Notes: generated by a model not told the origin, from the letters alone. A stretch of 52,351 nt of DNA from Alphaproteobacteria bacterium (GCA_028279895.1 JANQMY010000357.1:1-52351); one strand, 5' to 3'. Numbered from the stretch's first letter, positions 8,378 to 18,148 are shown. A program made the numbers and translations.

Positions 8378-9583
8378 CTAAGAAGGAAACGGAGACAAAG
8401 AACGGAGAAACCCACGCATCTTGTCAAATCGCGTAGGTGGTTTTTCTCCGTAGAGCGTCCACATCGTTTCAGGGTGGTACTTTCTTACAAGTCCCTTCAG
8501 TTGGTCCTCATAAACTAGCGGCAGTCGATCACAAAAATATCGGCCTGTCTTATCTTTCATGAGCAGGTTACATTTTCCTGTGGCCAACAGCCGCTCAATC
8601 ATTTCAAAATCACAAGCTAATACAGCTAGAAACAAAGGTGATTGCAGTGACCAGGGAGCTTGGAAATTCACATCGGCGCCTTCGGCAATAAGTTGCTCCA
8701 TATTCTGCAGTTCACATCTGTCAACTGCCATATATAGCTGCTCATCCAGGCCTAGTGGTTCTGGGAATTTGTGAAACTCAATTTTCATTACATCATTGTA
8801 CGGATTATTATCGAAAATTGCAAACTTTTCGCATTCCGTATGTTCAAAAAGCCGATTGCCCCCAGCGTTACCACCACTTAATGTTGAACTACGCCTAGGG
8901 ATTAGAATGCCACCTTCAATACGTCCGTAAAAGCTGTCAAAAGCCAAGCCTCGATCAGCCTGGAGCGCTAGACAAACTTCTTTCGTACCATAATCTGATA
9001 CTATACCTACACCAGTCGCCCTGAACTTTGCTGCATCATTACACTCTAGTTCCATTACGACATCAAAGCCCTCAACACTTTCGATGTTTTTAAAACGTTC
9101 AGAGTCTTTGAATACTGGTAGAACAAAACAAGGACGCGGTGTAAATGAAATCTTGCCATCATATTTTTGGGCGTTTGAAGACAGCACAAAGGTCTTCATA
9201 AAATCTCCGAACGTAGGCAAAGCCTCATCCAACCGATCAAGATCCGAACGCCGAAGATCGTGTAAAGCGTTTAAAGAGTACATCAAATTATTAAGTGTAT
9301 GTTTGAGCGTATCGAACTCTTGGATTGACATCAGTCCCTGACGTAAACAAAAAATGTAAACGGCGAATAACGTCTTTGGATATGCCTTGTGCTTTTCCAT
9401 GGAGAAGTTGTTGATGGTTTTGGCAGTAACGACATTGACGCCGCCGAAATATTTTTCATTTATCTGTTTAGCTATCCAATCGTCACCCTTTTGTTTGGAT
9501 TTATTTGAGGGATCATCAAGGAAAGCCTTTAGCCGTTCCCTAAGTAGTACGATTTGTCTGTCTGAAAAATCTACTCGGTACAC
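8378..9583 (-). CDS. ankyrin-repeat-containing protein with possible N-terminal HTH
   Basis: LYMAVDRC..LIAEGADVNF..SPLFLAV..ERLL..KDKTGR are two ankyrin-like repeats. Confidence 0.7.
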   Translation of the reverse strand: MYRVDFSDRQIVLLRERLKAFLDDPSNKSKQKGDDWIAKQINEKYFGGVNVVTAKTINNFSMEKHKAYPKTLFAVYIFCLRQGLMSIQEFDTLKHTLNNLMYSLNALHDLRRSDLDRLDEALPTFGDFMKTFVLSSNAQKYDGKISFTPRPCFVLPVFKDSERFKNIESVEGFDVVMELECNDAAKFRATGVGIVSDYGTKEVCLALQADRGLAFDSFYGRIEGGILIPRRSSTLSGGNAGGNRLFEHTECEKFAIFDNNPYNDVMKIEFHKFPEPLGLDEQLYMAVDRCELQNMEQLIAEGADVNFQAPWSLQSPLFLAVLACDFEMIERLLATGKCNLLMKDKTGRYFCDRLPLVYEDQLKGLVRKYHPETMWTLYGEKPPTRFDKMRGFLRSLSPFPS

Positions 9584-9969
9584 CTAGCCCCCCAAGAAAA
9601 CTTGAAAATTGCCCCCACAATCTCAAGTTTATATTGATACCATATACCATCTGCCACTGTGAAGGACATCCGTCGGCAGCTGCGGAAAAGTTAGTGCTAA
9701 CTTTTCGGGAAAAGTAGACGTTCGTTTTTCGTGTCGAGTAAGTCCGCCTCCGATGACATAGCCAATCTTGGCCATATATTGAAATCCACAGGCGACAGAA
9801 ACTGAGAGCGCGCAGACACAAATTGCCAGCAGAGGTTGGCAATGCGGCTAGAGCCACATGGCGCAAATCATCATTCGCCAAAGTAAGCGCAGCAAGCGCA
9901 TTCGGGGCGCAGTCAGCGCAGGCACTTATGCCGGTGATGGCCGCTTGTTTCTATTGGAGGATTTATCGC

Positions 9970-10425
9970 ATGAGCGCAGAAAATCACAAAACCGAATTGA
10001 ATTTCGTTGCCGACAGCTTTGTTCAAGGGGCTATAGATGGTGGAATCGACAACAAACTGGCCAAGAGAATTCATCGGCTGATTTCAAAGAGACTTCGCAG
10101 AACCCCTAAGCTTGCGAAAAAAGATAAAGAGTTGGCCGATTTGCAACAGCAGTTGATGCATAAAGATCTCTTGACCGAGCAAGTGCTTCGTGAACGGAAC
10201 GAACTCCGGGAGAAATTCAATCGAAAGGTTTGGGAATCCGCTCGAAGTCTCGTCCTCGAAATCGGCACCCAAAATAGGCGAAAGATCGAGCGAGCTTTCA
10301 AGCGATTGATCGACGAAATCAAAAAAGAATATATCGTCGAGATGATTATGGATTTTCTTAGGCAGCTTTGGGACCGGTTCCTGGAAATTTTGCAAAGCTT
10401 CACAGAAATTCCGACTCACGCTTAG
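9970..10425 (+). CDS. hypothetical coiled-coil protein
   Basis: GGAGG RBS at 9956-9960 before ATG at 9970; helical charged sequence. Confidence 0.6.
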   Translation: MSAENHKTELNFVADSFVQGAIDGGIDNKLAKRIHRLISKRLRRTPKLAKKDKELADLQQQLMHKDLLTEQVLRERNELREKFNRKVWESARSLVLEIGTQNRRKIERAFKRLIDEIKKEYIVEMIMDFLRQLWDRFLEILQSFTEIPTHA

Positions 10426-10501
10426 GGGCTGAATGGGGGACACCAAATCCCGGCTGGCATTTTCGGGGTAAAGAGAATGCCAGCTAACCATAAGGACTAT
10501 T

Positions 10502-10714
10502 TTGGAACGCGAGATTTCGCTCAGTCCAAGACAAAAAGAAGTCTTAAATAGCCTCTCACGAGGTTCACGCGTGCAAGAAATTGCTTTCGAGCTAGATATC
10601 AAGCCGGAAACTGTGAATTTACACGCAGCACGCACACGCAATAAGTTGAATGCTAAAACGAACTGCCATGCCATCCGCTTAGCGTTCCAGCTAGGTCTGC
10701 TAGAGTTGGATTAA
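10502..10714 (+). CDS. stand-alone LuxR-family HTH regulator
   Basis: LSPRQKEVL..G..VQEIAFELDIKPETVNLH..RNKLNA..AIRLAFQLGL. Confidence 0.85.
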   Translation: MEREISLSPRQKEVLNSLSRGSRVQEIAFELDIKPETVNLHAARTRNKLNAKTNCHAIRLAFQLGLLELD

Positions 10715-12075
10715 GTTAGTCGCATTGCACGAGTTTCGGATTTTTGAAGACCCTTTAGCTCAGCAACAAGAGCTAAAGGGTCTTTTTTTATGTGGAGTTG
10801 CGCTGCCAGTTTTCTGATTGATCTGGCTTCGCGTTTTCTCTGCTGCTCGAAACGCTGCGCCTTTCTCTCCAAGCGCTTCTGATCCAGGTCGTGATAAACA
10901 CTCTGCCTGTTTCGCTCATCTGCAAACCTCAGTTCCCGCTTCTTATCTTCCTGGCTATCTAACCAGTTCAGGATCTTGGAAACACCGATCTTATCGCAAA
11001 CGGTTTTCAAGAACCCTTTGGGCTTTTTTTGATATCGACTCTTCAATTCTCTTACGGTCTTGGCGCGTTGCTTTCTGGTCTGCTCTTTTTGTTCTGATTC
11101 ATGCCGCTCGTGTAGATCACGCGTCAGTTTTTGAATCTGGCGCTGCCTTTGCTGCATGAGTCCATCAGCGCGGCGGGCAAAACGGCGCAGTTTTTGATAA
11201 AGCCGCTGCTCACGCGATAGATCAGACCGCTTTGCTGTTTCCTTTTCTTCTGCATAGAGAAGGGCCTTCTGCTTCGCTTTTGCCCCTTCTACGCTCGGAT
11301 AGGTGCTTGCGTCGCCAAGGCGTTCTTTCACCTCTTTTGTTTTGACGCCGTGAATTTGGCGGGGAAGAGAATGGATCTCTCCACTACGATCCACCACGAC
11401 GAAGGCGCGCCTTTCCCCGCGCGCTACTATGTAACCGTCGGCCTCTGCCGCTTCGCAAAACGCTTCGGACGTATCATGTTCGACCCACAATCTGCTTAGA
11501 GTTTCTTTGCGCTGACGCAAGGTCTCCACGTCTCTGTTTTTTCCATGGGATTTCGCGTGGTCAAAATTCGTCTCAGACTTTTTCTCCGGCGTGGTCAAGC
11601 CAGGCGGTAAATCAAGCTTGAGATCTTTGGCGATTTCCAAAGCGGCGCTTTTGAGCTTGTAGTAATCGTGACCGAGATGGATGGCTTTGAGTTGATCACC
11701 ATCGCGCCGGATGCGGGACCATACGACATGGCAATGTTTTCGGAGATTTCCATCCTCTCCGGTCTTCTCATGGAAAATAACGGCGTGTGGCTGATCCGTG
11801 AGGCCCAACCTCTCCTCAATGACACGTATGGCGTTCTTCCAATCAGCCTCGCTTAGGTCTCGTTGCGTCGGATCGGGATTGATTGAAAGCGAATAGAACG
11901 CTTTTTCCGCATTTGTTTGGGCAGCAATTAAGGCCCATTCCTGGAATCCTTCATAGAGATCATCTGCAACCATGCCCCTCATCTCTGCAATCGTAACCGC
12001 CTCGTTTTCAAGAGCGTTTGAGACATGCAGAGCGAGATCAAGAGCACCCCCACGGGCACTTCCTTTCAAAATCAT
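10711..12075 (-). CDS. relaxase/mobilization nuclease (MOBP/VirD2-like)
   Basis: MILKGSARGG N-terminus, YSLSINP, HAVIFHEK..HCHVVWSR HUH motif. Confidence 0.9.
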   Translation of the reverse strand: MILKGSARGGALDLALHVSNALENEAVTIAEMRGMVADDLYEGFQEWALIAAQTNAEKAFYSLSINPDPTQRDLSEADWKNAIRVIEERLGLTDQPHAVIFHEKTGEDGNLRKHCHVVWSRIRRDGDQLKAIHLGHDYYKLKSAALEIAKDLKLDLPPGLTTPEKKSETNFDHAKSHGKNRDVETLRQRKETLSRLWVEHDTSEAFCEAAEADGYIVARGERRAFVVVDRSGEIHSLPRQIHGVKTKEVKERLGDASTYPSVEGAKAKQKALLYAEEKETAKRSDLSREQRLYQKLRRFARRADGLMQQRQRQIQKLTRDLHERHESEQKEQTRKQRAKTVRELKSRYQKKPKGFLKTVCDKIGVSKILNWLDSQEDKKRELRFADERNRQSVYHDLDQKRLERKAQRFEQQRKREARSIRKLAAQLHIKKDPLALVAELKGLQKSETRAMRLT

Positions 12076-12416
12076 GGCTTACGGCCCAGATGGATGAAAC
12101 ATTGATCGCGCAGGAAAATTGCCTCACGCTGGATCTTCTCGGCGCGGGTCTTATGTGCAGGATCATCTTCGATCTTGCGTACCTCATTCATCAATGTCCC
12201 AAGAGAAGAGAGGGCAAGCGCCAGAAGGTAAGCTTGATCTTTGGGCATGTGTTTGCCGCGCGGCATCGGCTTTGAGAGCGCGGCCATACGAAGGAACGAT
12301 CCTACGGACAATCCATGATGATTGGCACGCGCTTTAATCGCTCGTTTTTCGTCTTGTGTGAGGCGCGTCGATACGGAATACGGACGCGCACGCTTTTCGC
12401 TGCCCGATACGCTCAT
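12072..12416 (-). CDS. mobC: MobC-like relaxosome accessory (ribbon-helix-helix) protein
   Basis: SEKR..VSTRLTQDEKRAIKARA..GLSVGSFLRMAAL; 4-bp overlap with the relaxase gene. Confidence 0.85.
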   Translation of the reverse strand: MSVSGSEKRARPYSVSTRLTQDEKRAIKARANHHGLSVGSFLRMAALSKPMPRGKHMPKDQAYLLALALSSLGTLMNEVRKIEDDPAHKTRAEKIQREAIFLRDQCFIHLGRKP

Positions 12417-12464
12417 TCAAATTGTCCTGAAAATTTCATTCCCGCAAACGCAACGCTTGCGACT

Positions 12465-12547
12465 TGCTTAGCCCGCTAGCGGGCCTGGGGGTCAACGGGG
12501 GCAAAGCCCCCTTGCAAGGGCGCGGGAGTCCCGCGCATACCTTGCGC
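12465..12547. other. putative origin of transfer (oriT)
   Basis: Upstream of mobC; inverted repeats GGGGGC-AAA-GCCCCC (12497-12511) and GCGCGGGA-G-TCCCGCGC (12520-12536) followed by ATACCTTGC, loosely resembling the MOBP nic motif YATCCTG/Y. Confidence 0.6.
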
Positions 12548-12754
12548 ATAGTCTTTACACTAACAAAAATGCGCAGGGGTGCCAACAAAGTTAGGCTGGC
12601 CCCTGCACTATCCGGACTCTTAGAACCGATGCAAAAGCGACGCGCTATCGGGCCATGCAGTCAAGATCTAACTTATAAAGGACTCAACATAAGGTAGAAA
12701 ATATGTTTGATTCACTTTGAATCATTTACTGTTTTTCTGATTGAAGGATCGCAG

Positions 12755-14077
12755 ATGAAAATCCAGTCGATTGAGTTGAAGGATCTACTCGTAAATCGGG
12801 CCAACGACCGGCATGGAGAAGTAGTCGACGAAAGTGCAGCTATTGAATGGCTGCTAACTCATAGAAGCAATCACATGCGAAACCTAGCAAAAGACGTTGT
12901 CGCATCGGGCGAGATTTTTGAACCGCCGTTAGTAAGGAAGGAGAACGAGCACTACGTTGTTTACGACGGGAACCGCCGCACGACAGTCTTAAAGCTGCTT
13001 GCTAATCCTCAACTTTCACCATCTCAAGACTGGGCCAAGTTTTTTACGGATCTAAGAGCGAATTGGGAAGGAGATTTTCCCAGTAAGATCCAATGCCAGA
13101 TCGAACAGGATCGAGAACGTCTTGATGAAATTCTATACCGCCGCCATACGGGCCAGCAAAGCGGGGTCGGTCAAAGCCAGTGGGACGCACCCGCAAAAAC
13201 AAACTTTGAAAGACGTACGGGAAAAAATACCAGGCTTGATATCGCAGAAGTCGTCGAAGATATGCTGATTAAATCAGGCCGTCTTCGGGACGGAGAACGT
13301 ATACCTCGATCAAACATGAAACGGCTGTTCTCTGCCGAACATCTTCGAAATCGTGCTGGAATAACAGTTGAAAAGAACAAACTCAGACTCACTCATAAAG
13401 AGGACAAAGTTCTTTCAGCGCTCGAACGTATTGCAAGAGACCTAATTTCGAAGAAGAAAACGCTTGATGACCTCTGGGATAATGACGCCAAAAGGAAGTA
13501 TCTAGATGAATTGGACAGAGAGCGTATTCTGCCCACTGTAGAAGATGCCCTAAAGGAAAAGAAACCAATAGATGCTCCCAAACCGGCACAACCAGAGAAC
13601 GGCAAAGGCACACCACAGCCAAGGGCCCCGCAACCCGAAAAGAGAAAGACGCTAATTCGGGATATTGATTACGGAATTCAGCAGACGCATGTAAACAAGC
13701 GGGCATTGGATATTTTCTATGAGCTTCAGCACAAACTGAAATTTGACGACCACGATAATGCAATTGCGGTTTTGTTTCGCGTGCTTCTTGAGATTGGAAT
13801 AGAGCAATACATTGAACAGAAAAAGGTGGGAGACGTTCATAAGGGCGACAAGCTCTCGAACAAGTTCAGGAAAGTGCTCGCTCACATGTTTGATAACGGC
13901 CTTATCGAAGATAAGTATCAAGCAGCCCTAAGAAAATTTGAAAAAAGTGAAATTCTGTTTTCGACGAGCACGCTTCATTCCTATGTGCACAGCGCCGACT
14001 TCTTTCCATCAGATCAGCATTTGAAAAGTATGTGGGATACGCTCGACAAGTTTGTTGTGATTTGTCTAAAAAGCTGA
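12755..14077 (+). CDS. ParB/Srx-like N-terminal domain protein with HEPN-like C-terminus
   Basis: NDRH..PPLV..YVVYDGNRR..LKLL; C-terminal AVLFRVLLE..LHSYVH. Confidence 0.7.
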   Translation: MKIQSIELKDLLVNRANDRHGEVVDESAAIEWLLTHRSNHMRNLAKDVVASGEIFEPPLVRKENEHYVVYDGNRRTTVLKLLANPQLSPSQDWAKFFTDLRANWEGDFPSKIQCQIEQDRERLDEILYRRHTGQQSGVGQSQWDAPAKTNFERRTGKNTRLDIAEVVEDMLIKSGRLRDGERIPRSNMKRLFSAEHLRNRAGITVEKNKLRLTHKEDKVLSALERIARDLISKKKTLDDLWDNDAKRKYLDELDRERILPTVEDALKEKKPIDAPKPAQPENGKGTPQPRAPQPEKRKTLIRDIDYGIQQTHVNKRALDIFYELQHKLKFDDHDNAIAVLFRVLLEIGIEQYIEQKKVGDVHKGDKLSNKFRKVLAHMFDNGLIEDKYQAALRKFEKSEILFSTSTLHSYVHSADFFPSDQHLKSMWDTLDKFVVICLKS

Positions 14078-14097
14078 GGAAGGAGCAGCAGCAACAA

Positions 14098-14928
14098 ATG
14101 TCTGTGCGCAAAACACCAAAGGAGGGGCATAGAGGAAAACAAGAACGCCATATGATCGACTCTGATGGTCACAATTTCGTTGGTCGATTGGGCAGTCTCG
14201 GAATTGTTGTTTACAGTTTCGATTCTTATGAGGAACTCGCAAGATACCCGGATTGCAAGTACGCCTATGACGTAAATGATTGGATGGCGACACTGGTTCG
14301 TAGGATCGAGTCATTGAACATGATTGGGGACATGCTCTGGCTTGATCAGAAAATCATTGATAAGTTTGACTTTCCAGTTTCCCGCCATGATTGGTTGAAT
14401 GTCGTAACAGATGTGTTTCTGATGCGGGTCTCATCAATTATTGATTGTTCGTTGATCCTCGCAAGCGAAGTATATGAACTGGGCTTGAGCCCAAAAGACT
14501 GTGTATGGCCCAAAGTAAAGAAGGCCAATCTACCGGCGGATGTTCTTGAATCTCTGAGTAAAATATCTCGCATACGCGACGATTTCCGAGACGAACGCAA
14601 TGAGAGGTTTCATTGGGGGTATGAGCGGGAATTCAGCTCCGACGATGTAACTTTCAAGACCGTGGCAATGTTTGAAAAATGGGGCCAGAAGATGGGCGGC
14701 ACAGACAAATATGACAGGGAGATTGACGTTAGGCAGTATTTTGTTGAAGGTCTTGAGCAACTGCAGATCGACTTCAACCAATCAACACGCTCGCTAATGA
14801 AAGCTTTAGATAATTTCTATGATGTTTTGGCGGTAGAATTTGAAGCGCGCTTTAGTCCGAGGTTCAACGACCCAAAAACTGGCTTTGGGGCACTGCAGAG
14901 AAGACAACTTGAAAAATCGAGTAGTTGA
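14098..14928 (+). CDS. HEPN-domain protein (Cthe_2314-like)
   Basis: RNERFH (RxxxxH) motif after RVSSIID..EVYELGL helices; start uncertain (14098 or 14152). Confidence 0.7.
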   Translation: MSVRKTPKEGHRGKQERHMIDSDGHNFVGRLGSLGIVVYSFDSYEELARYPDCKYAYDVNDWMATLVRRIESLNMIGDMLWLDQKIIDKFDFPVSRHDWLNVVTDVFLMRVSSIIDCSLILASEVYELGLSPKDCVWPKVKKANLPADVLESLSKISRIRDDFRDERNERFHWGYEREFSSDDVTFKTVAMFEKWGQKMGGTDKYDREIDVRQYFVEGLEQLQIDFNQSTRSLMKALDNFYDVLAVEFEARFSPRFNDPKTGFGALQRRQLEKSSS

Positions 14929-14930
14929 TT

Positions 14931-15404
14931 TCAACTTTCCTCTCTTCCTACGCTCGCCTCCTGCATAAGGAACTTTCTTTTACTCAGGTCCTGCTTACTA
15001 ATTTCAGCAAGGAACTCAGACATACCACTGCCGTTCATCCAATAGATGAAATCTACTGAGTTTCGATTGATATCAGTATCTGAAAAAGCAATGAAATCAT
15101 CGACAAGAATCTGCCGGTACCCTTCATCAACTTCGTCATACCACTCACCTTTATACCAACAGCTGGCCATACCAATGTGAATGCATCGTTCCGCGTCGCA
15201 TGCATTCCAGAAGGGCTTCACGCCAATGACGTTCATATCGGGAAGCCAGGTTTTTGCCTCTCTTAACCTAGAGTCTCGGCTTTTAGACCTTCCAATCTTG
15301 AACCGCTTTTGGTGTTCGATAATGTAAACGAATCCTGGATTCTCGGCCACGACGCCAAAATTCTTGATCCAGGGCTCGGCTCTCCATTCGATGGCTTTCT
15401 GCAT
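14931..15404 (-). CDS. GIY-YIG nuclease family protein (T5orf172/MUG113-like)
   Basis: GFVYII..FKIGRS..R..ERCIH..GEWY. Confidence 0.82.
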   Translation of the reverse strand: MQKAIEWRAEPWIKNFGVVAENPGFVYIIEHQKRFKIGRSKSRDSRLREAKTWLPDMNVIGVKPFWNACDAERCIHIGMASCWYKGEWYDEVDEGYRQILVDDFIAFSDTDINRNSVDFIYWMNGSGMSEFLAEISKQDLSKRKFLMQEASVGREES

Positions 15405-15456
15405 GATTCGATCATAACATAGAACAGTATTTTGATCGTTGTTCCATCGCCGAATT

Positions 15457-15494
15457 AAAAGCGCCGCCCTGGATAAGAGCGGCGCTTTTGTTTT
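15457..15494. terminator. bidirectional intrinsic terminator
   Basis: AAAAGCGCCGC..GCGGCGCTTTT flanked by A/T tracts, just after the 15503 stop. Confidence 0.75.
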
Positions 15495-15502
15495 GACGTT
15501 GA

Positions 15503-15769
15503 TTAGGAGCGCTCTTCGGTTGGGCCATCAACGGGCAGAACGAAGAGGACACCTTGGTGCTGGGCGAGTTCTGCCGGAAAATGATCAAGCTTTAAGATGC
15601 CGCCTTTTTTGCCGTTCTTTCGCGGCCACACGGCGCCGATTTCTCTCGCAGGGCCGAGAACGTCATTGCCTTCCTCGTCTTGTCCGATGATGCGGGCAAA
15701 GGTGATGCGCTGTGATGGTCTGGCTTTTTTGGATTGCCCAGCCAGCGGACGTTTAGATGTATAGGACAT
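15503..15769 (-). CDS. small beta-rich mobile-element protein (DUF736-like)
   Basis: AAGGAG RBS before ATG at 15769; EIGAVW..G..LKLD motif. Confidence 0.65.
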   Translation of the reverse strand: MSYTSKRPLAGQSKKARPSQRITFARIIGQDEEGNDVLGPAREIGAVWPRKNGKKGGILKLDHFPAELAQHQGVLFVLPVDGPTEERS

Positions 15770-15919
15770 GATGTCTCCTTTCGGGTTGCTCAGTCGATTC
15801 ATTCCGGCTGATGGAGCCGCCCCAAACGGATCGTTAAGAGAGAAGATCAATGGCTAACACGGGCCTTTGCTAAGGCGGTTTGCCGCAAGCAAAGGTTTGG
15901 CGCGGGCCGCCATTGATCT

Positions 15920-17860
15920 TTGAGCGAGGTCCGTCATGCTCCATCCATAGCTGCCGGACTGAATTGGCCGGGGCAAGCTGGAGAGCTCAGCGGACCTATC
16001 AATTCTAATAGTATCGATACTGATAATATCAAAATTGCCAGCTATCGCTGCAAATGGCGCTGGGCTAGCCTCGCTTCCATCATCCGCACAGAAGAAGTTC
16101 TGATGCTTTTCGGCCCGCTGCCCGCAAAACGCGCTGTTCCCAGCCCGCCAGTCTTTCAAAAAAGGGTAGCTCTTATGGTCAGCCGTTTCTTTCCGGCCAA
16201 ATTTCCACGATCAAGTTTTCAGATTGGCGCCAAAGATCTGTTTTTGAACAGCCGCGCCTTTCTGCTGCTTAGCCTGGTCACAGTGCCGCTTTTCGCTGTT
16301 GTGGTTTCCACATTAGCGCTTTCTGCGCTCGTCCAATTTGGCGGGTTCACTATGTCGGCGATTGGCTATTTGCTCTACGCCGTTCTTTTCTTTGTCGCCG
16401 CCCAGGTCTTTTTCCTCAGCGCCACAGGCCATTGGGGTGATTATCTCGCCTGGCTGCTCACGCGATGGGCGGCATTCAAAGATCGCTTCAAAAGCATCAC
16501 AACAGATGTGCATCTGGCTGCGCAGCGCATTGGCACCTCAAGCTGCAATGGGTTCTTCCTCACCATGCAACCAGCCTCAATCATCACGAAGTTCAAGCCG
16601 CGCCGGATCAGCTTTCAGGATGACCGGCATGTCACCATGATCGCCGGGAGCCGCGCCGGTAAGGGCAGAGACTTCCTTATGCCTAATTTGGCTCACAGAT
16701 CAGGTTCGGTGATTGCCTATGACCCAAGCGGCGAGCTCGTAAAGGAAACAGCGGAGTACCGCGAAAAGGTTTTGGGCCAGAAAGTCATCGTTCTTGATCC
16801 CTTTGGCGTCACTGACCGCCAGAGCGATACCTGGAACCCTATGGCAGAGATAGATTTCGATAATGATCCTTTCGCGTTTGATAAATGTCATCTCCTTGCC
16901 GAAAGCCTCCATTTTGAAAAGACACCCGATCCATTCTGGATGCATGCGCCGCGCAAGATGCTTGCAAGTCTGATCGGATATGTCGGCACCTGCTCGATCC
17001 GCGAGAACTGCCATTTGGGGATGGTACGCGACCTTCTCATGAGCTCTGAGCCTGCGGCTCTTTGGACGGCGCTTTCGCAAAATGAAGCGTTGGGCGGCGT
17101 TCTAAAGCGCTTCGGAGAAGCCAATGAACACAGACATAAAGATGAACTGAACTCGACCATGGAACTCGCGCGCACAGCGATGAAATGGCTGGATTCTCCC
17201 TTGATGTCAGAATTTACAAGCGCCAGCACCTTCTCCATGAAGGAACTTAAAGAGGATAAGGTCACGATCTATATCGTCATGCCCGCCGCTATGGGGCAAA
17301 CCTATGCGGCCTGGCTGCGTATGCTCTTCAATGCCGCGTTCGACACGATGCAGGACACGAGCATTCCTAAGCCCCAACAAGACGTTCTATTCGCCATCGA
17401 CGAATTCCCGATTTTGGGCCACATGGAACGGATCAAGCGCGCCGCCGGTGAAGCCGCAAAATTTGGCGTCAAGCTGTTCTTATGCGCGCAAGATATCAGT
17501 CAGCTTAAAGAGCATTACGGCAATGCATGGGAGACCTTTATCGCCAATTCCGGTCTCCTCATCATGTTTGCCAATAATGATTTGGAAACTCAGCAATACC
17601 TCTCCAGCCGTCTTGGTAAAGAGTATTACAAGAAAATCTCGACGAGTACTGGCTCCAACTCGAGCATGACCAGCAGCGGTAGTTCGAAATCAAGCTCCAG
17701 TAGTTATGAGCTCCGCGATATCGCGCGGCCAGAACAAACCGCCTGGCAAGCAAGTAGGCAATCGGGTGATGCATTCTTTTTCATTCCCGGCATGAAGCCG
17801 ATGCGCCTGCCGCGCGCCAGCTACGATCAATGGAACATGCTGGACATGGAAAAGAACTAG
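15920..17860 (+). CDS. virD4: type IV coupling protein VirD4/TraG
   Basis: N-terminal TMs, Walker A AGSRAGKG, DPSGEL, Walker B FAIDEF, QDISQL; true start probably downstream of 15920. Confidence 0.9.
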   Translation: MSEVRHAPSIAAGLNWPGQAGELSGPINSNSIDTDNIKIASYRCKWRWASLASIIRTEEVLMLFGPLPAKRAVPSPPVFQKRVALMVSRFFPAKFPRSSFQIGAKDLFLNSRAFLLLSLVTVPLFAVVVSTLALSALVQFGGFTMSAIGYLLYAVLFFVAAQVFFLSATGHWGDYLAWLLTRWAAFKDRFKSITTDVHLAAQRIGTSSCNGFFLTMQPASIITKFKPRRISFQDDRHVTMIAGSRAGKGRDFLMPNLAHRSGSVIAYDPSGELVKETAEYREKVLGQKVIVLDPFGVTDRQSDTWNPMAEIDFDNDPFAFDKCHLLAESLHFEKTPDPFWMHAPRKMLASLIGYVGTCSIRENCHLGMVRDLLMSSEPAALWTALSQNEALGGVLKRFGEANEHRHKDELNSTMELARTAMKWLDSPLMSEFTSASTFSMKELKEDKVTIYIVMPAAMGQTYAAWLRMLFNAAFDTMQDTSIPKPQQDVLFAIDEFPILGHMERIKRAAGEAAKFGVKLFLCAQDISQLKEHYGNAWETFIANSGLLIMFANNDLETQQYLSSRLGKEYYKKISTSTGSNSSMTSSGSSKSSSSSYELRDIARPEQTAWQASRQSGDAFFFIPGMKPMRLPRASYDQWNMLDMEKN

Positions 17861-17872
17861 GAGGATACAGCA

Positions 17873-18148
17873 ATTAAGAAGCCATTCAATGCGACGAGCC
17901 AGCAAACCTATGCCGAGCGGAAAGAGGATCTGGAAGCGCATGCGAAGAAAATCGAAGAATTCTTACGCAAGCCGCCCAAGCCTGGGCAGTTCTTCCAGCC
18001 GAGCGGCACAATCAGGCCACAAAGCCATTCCTTTGTTCACGACGTGCTTATCCAGAAACGCTTCGACATCAAGGAAGAACTCAAGCAGATCCGTGAGCAG
18101 ATGGAGAAAAGGCAGTCGCAAGAACGAGTTAAGGCAAAAACGCTATAG
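17873..18148 (+). CDS. possible small protein without canonical start, in frame with virD4
   Basis: AGGAGG at 17859-17864, ATT at 17873, stop-free frame to TAG at 18148. Confidence 0.4.
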   Translation: MKKPFNATSQQTYAERKEDLEAHAKKIEEFLRKPPKPGQFFQPSGTIRPQSHSFVHDVLIQKRFDIKEELKQIREQMEKRQSQERVKAKTL

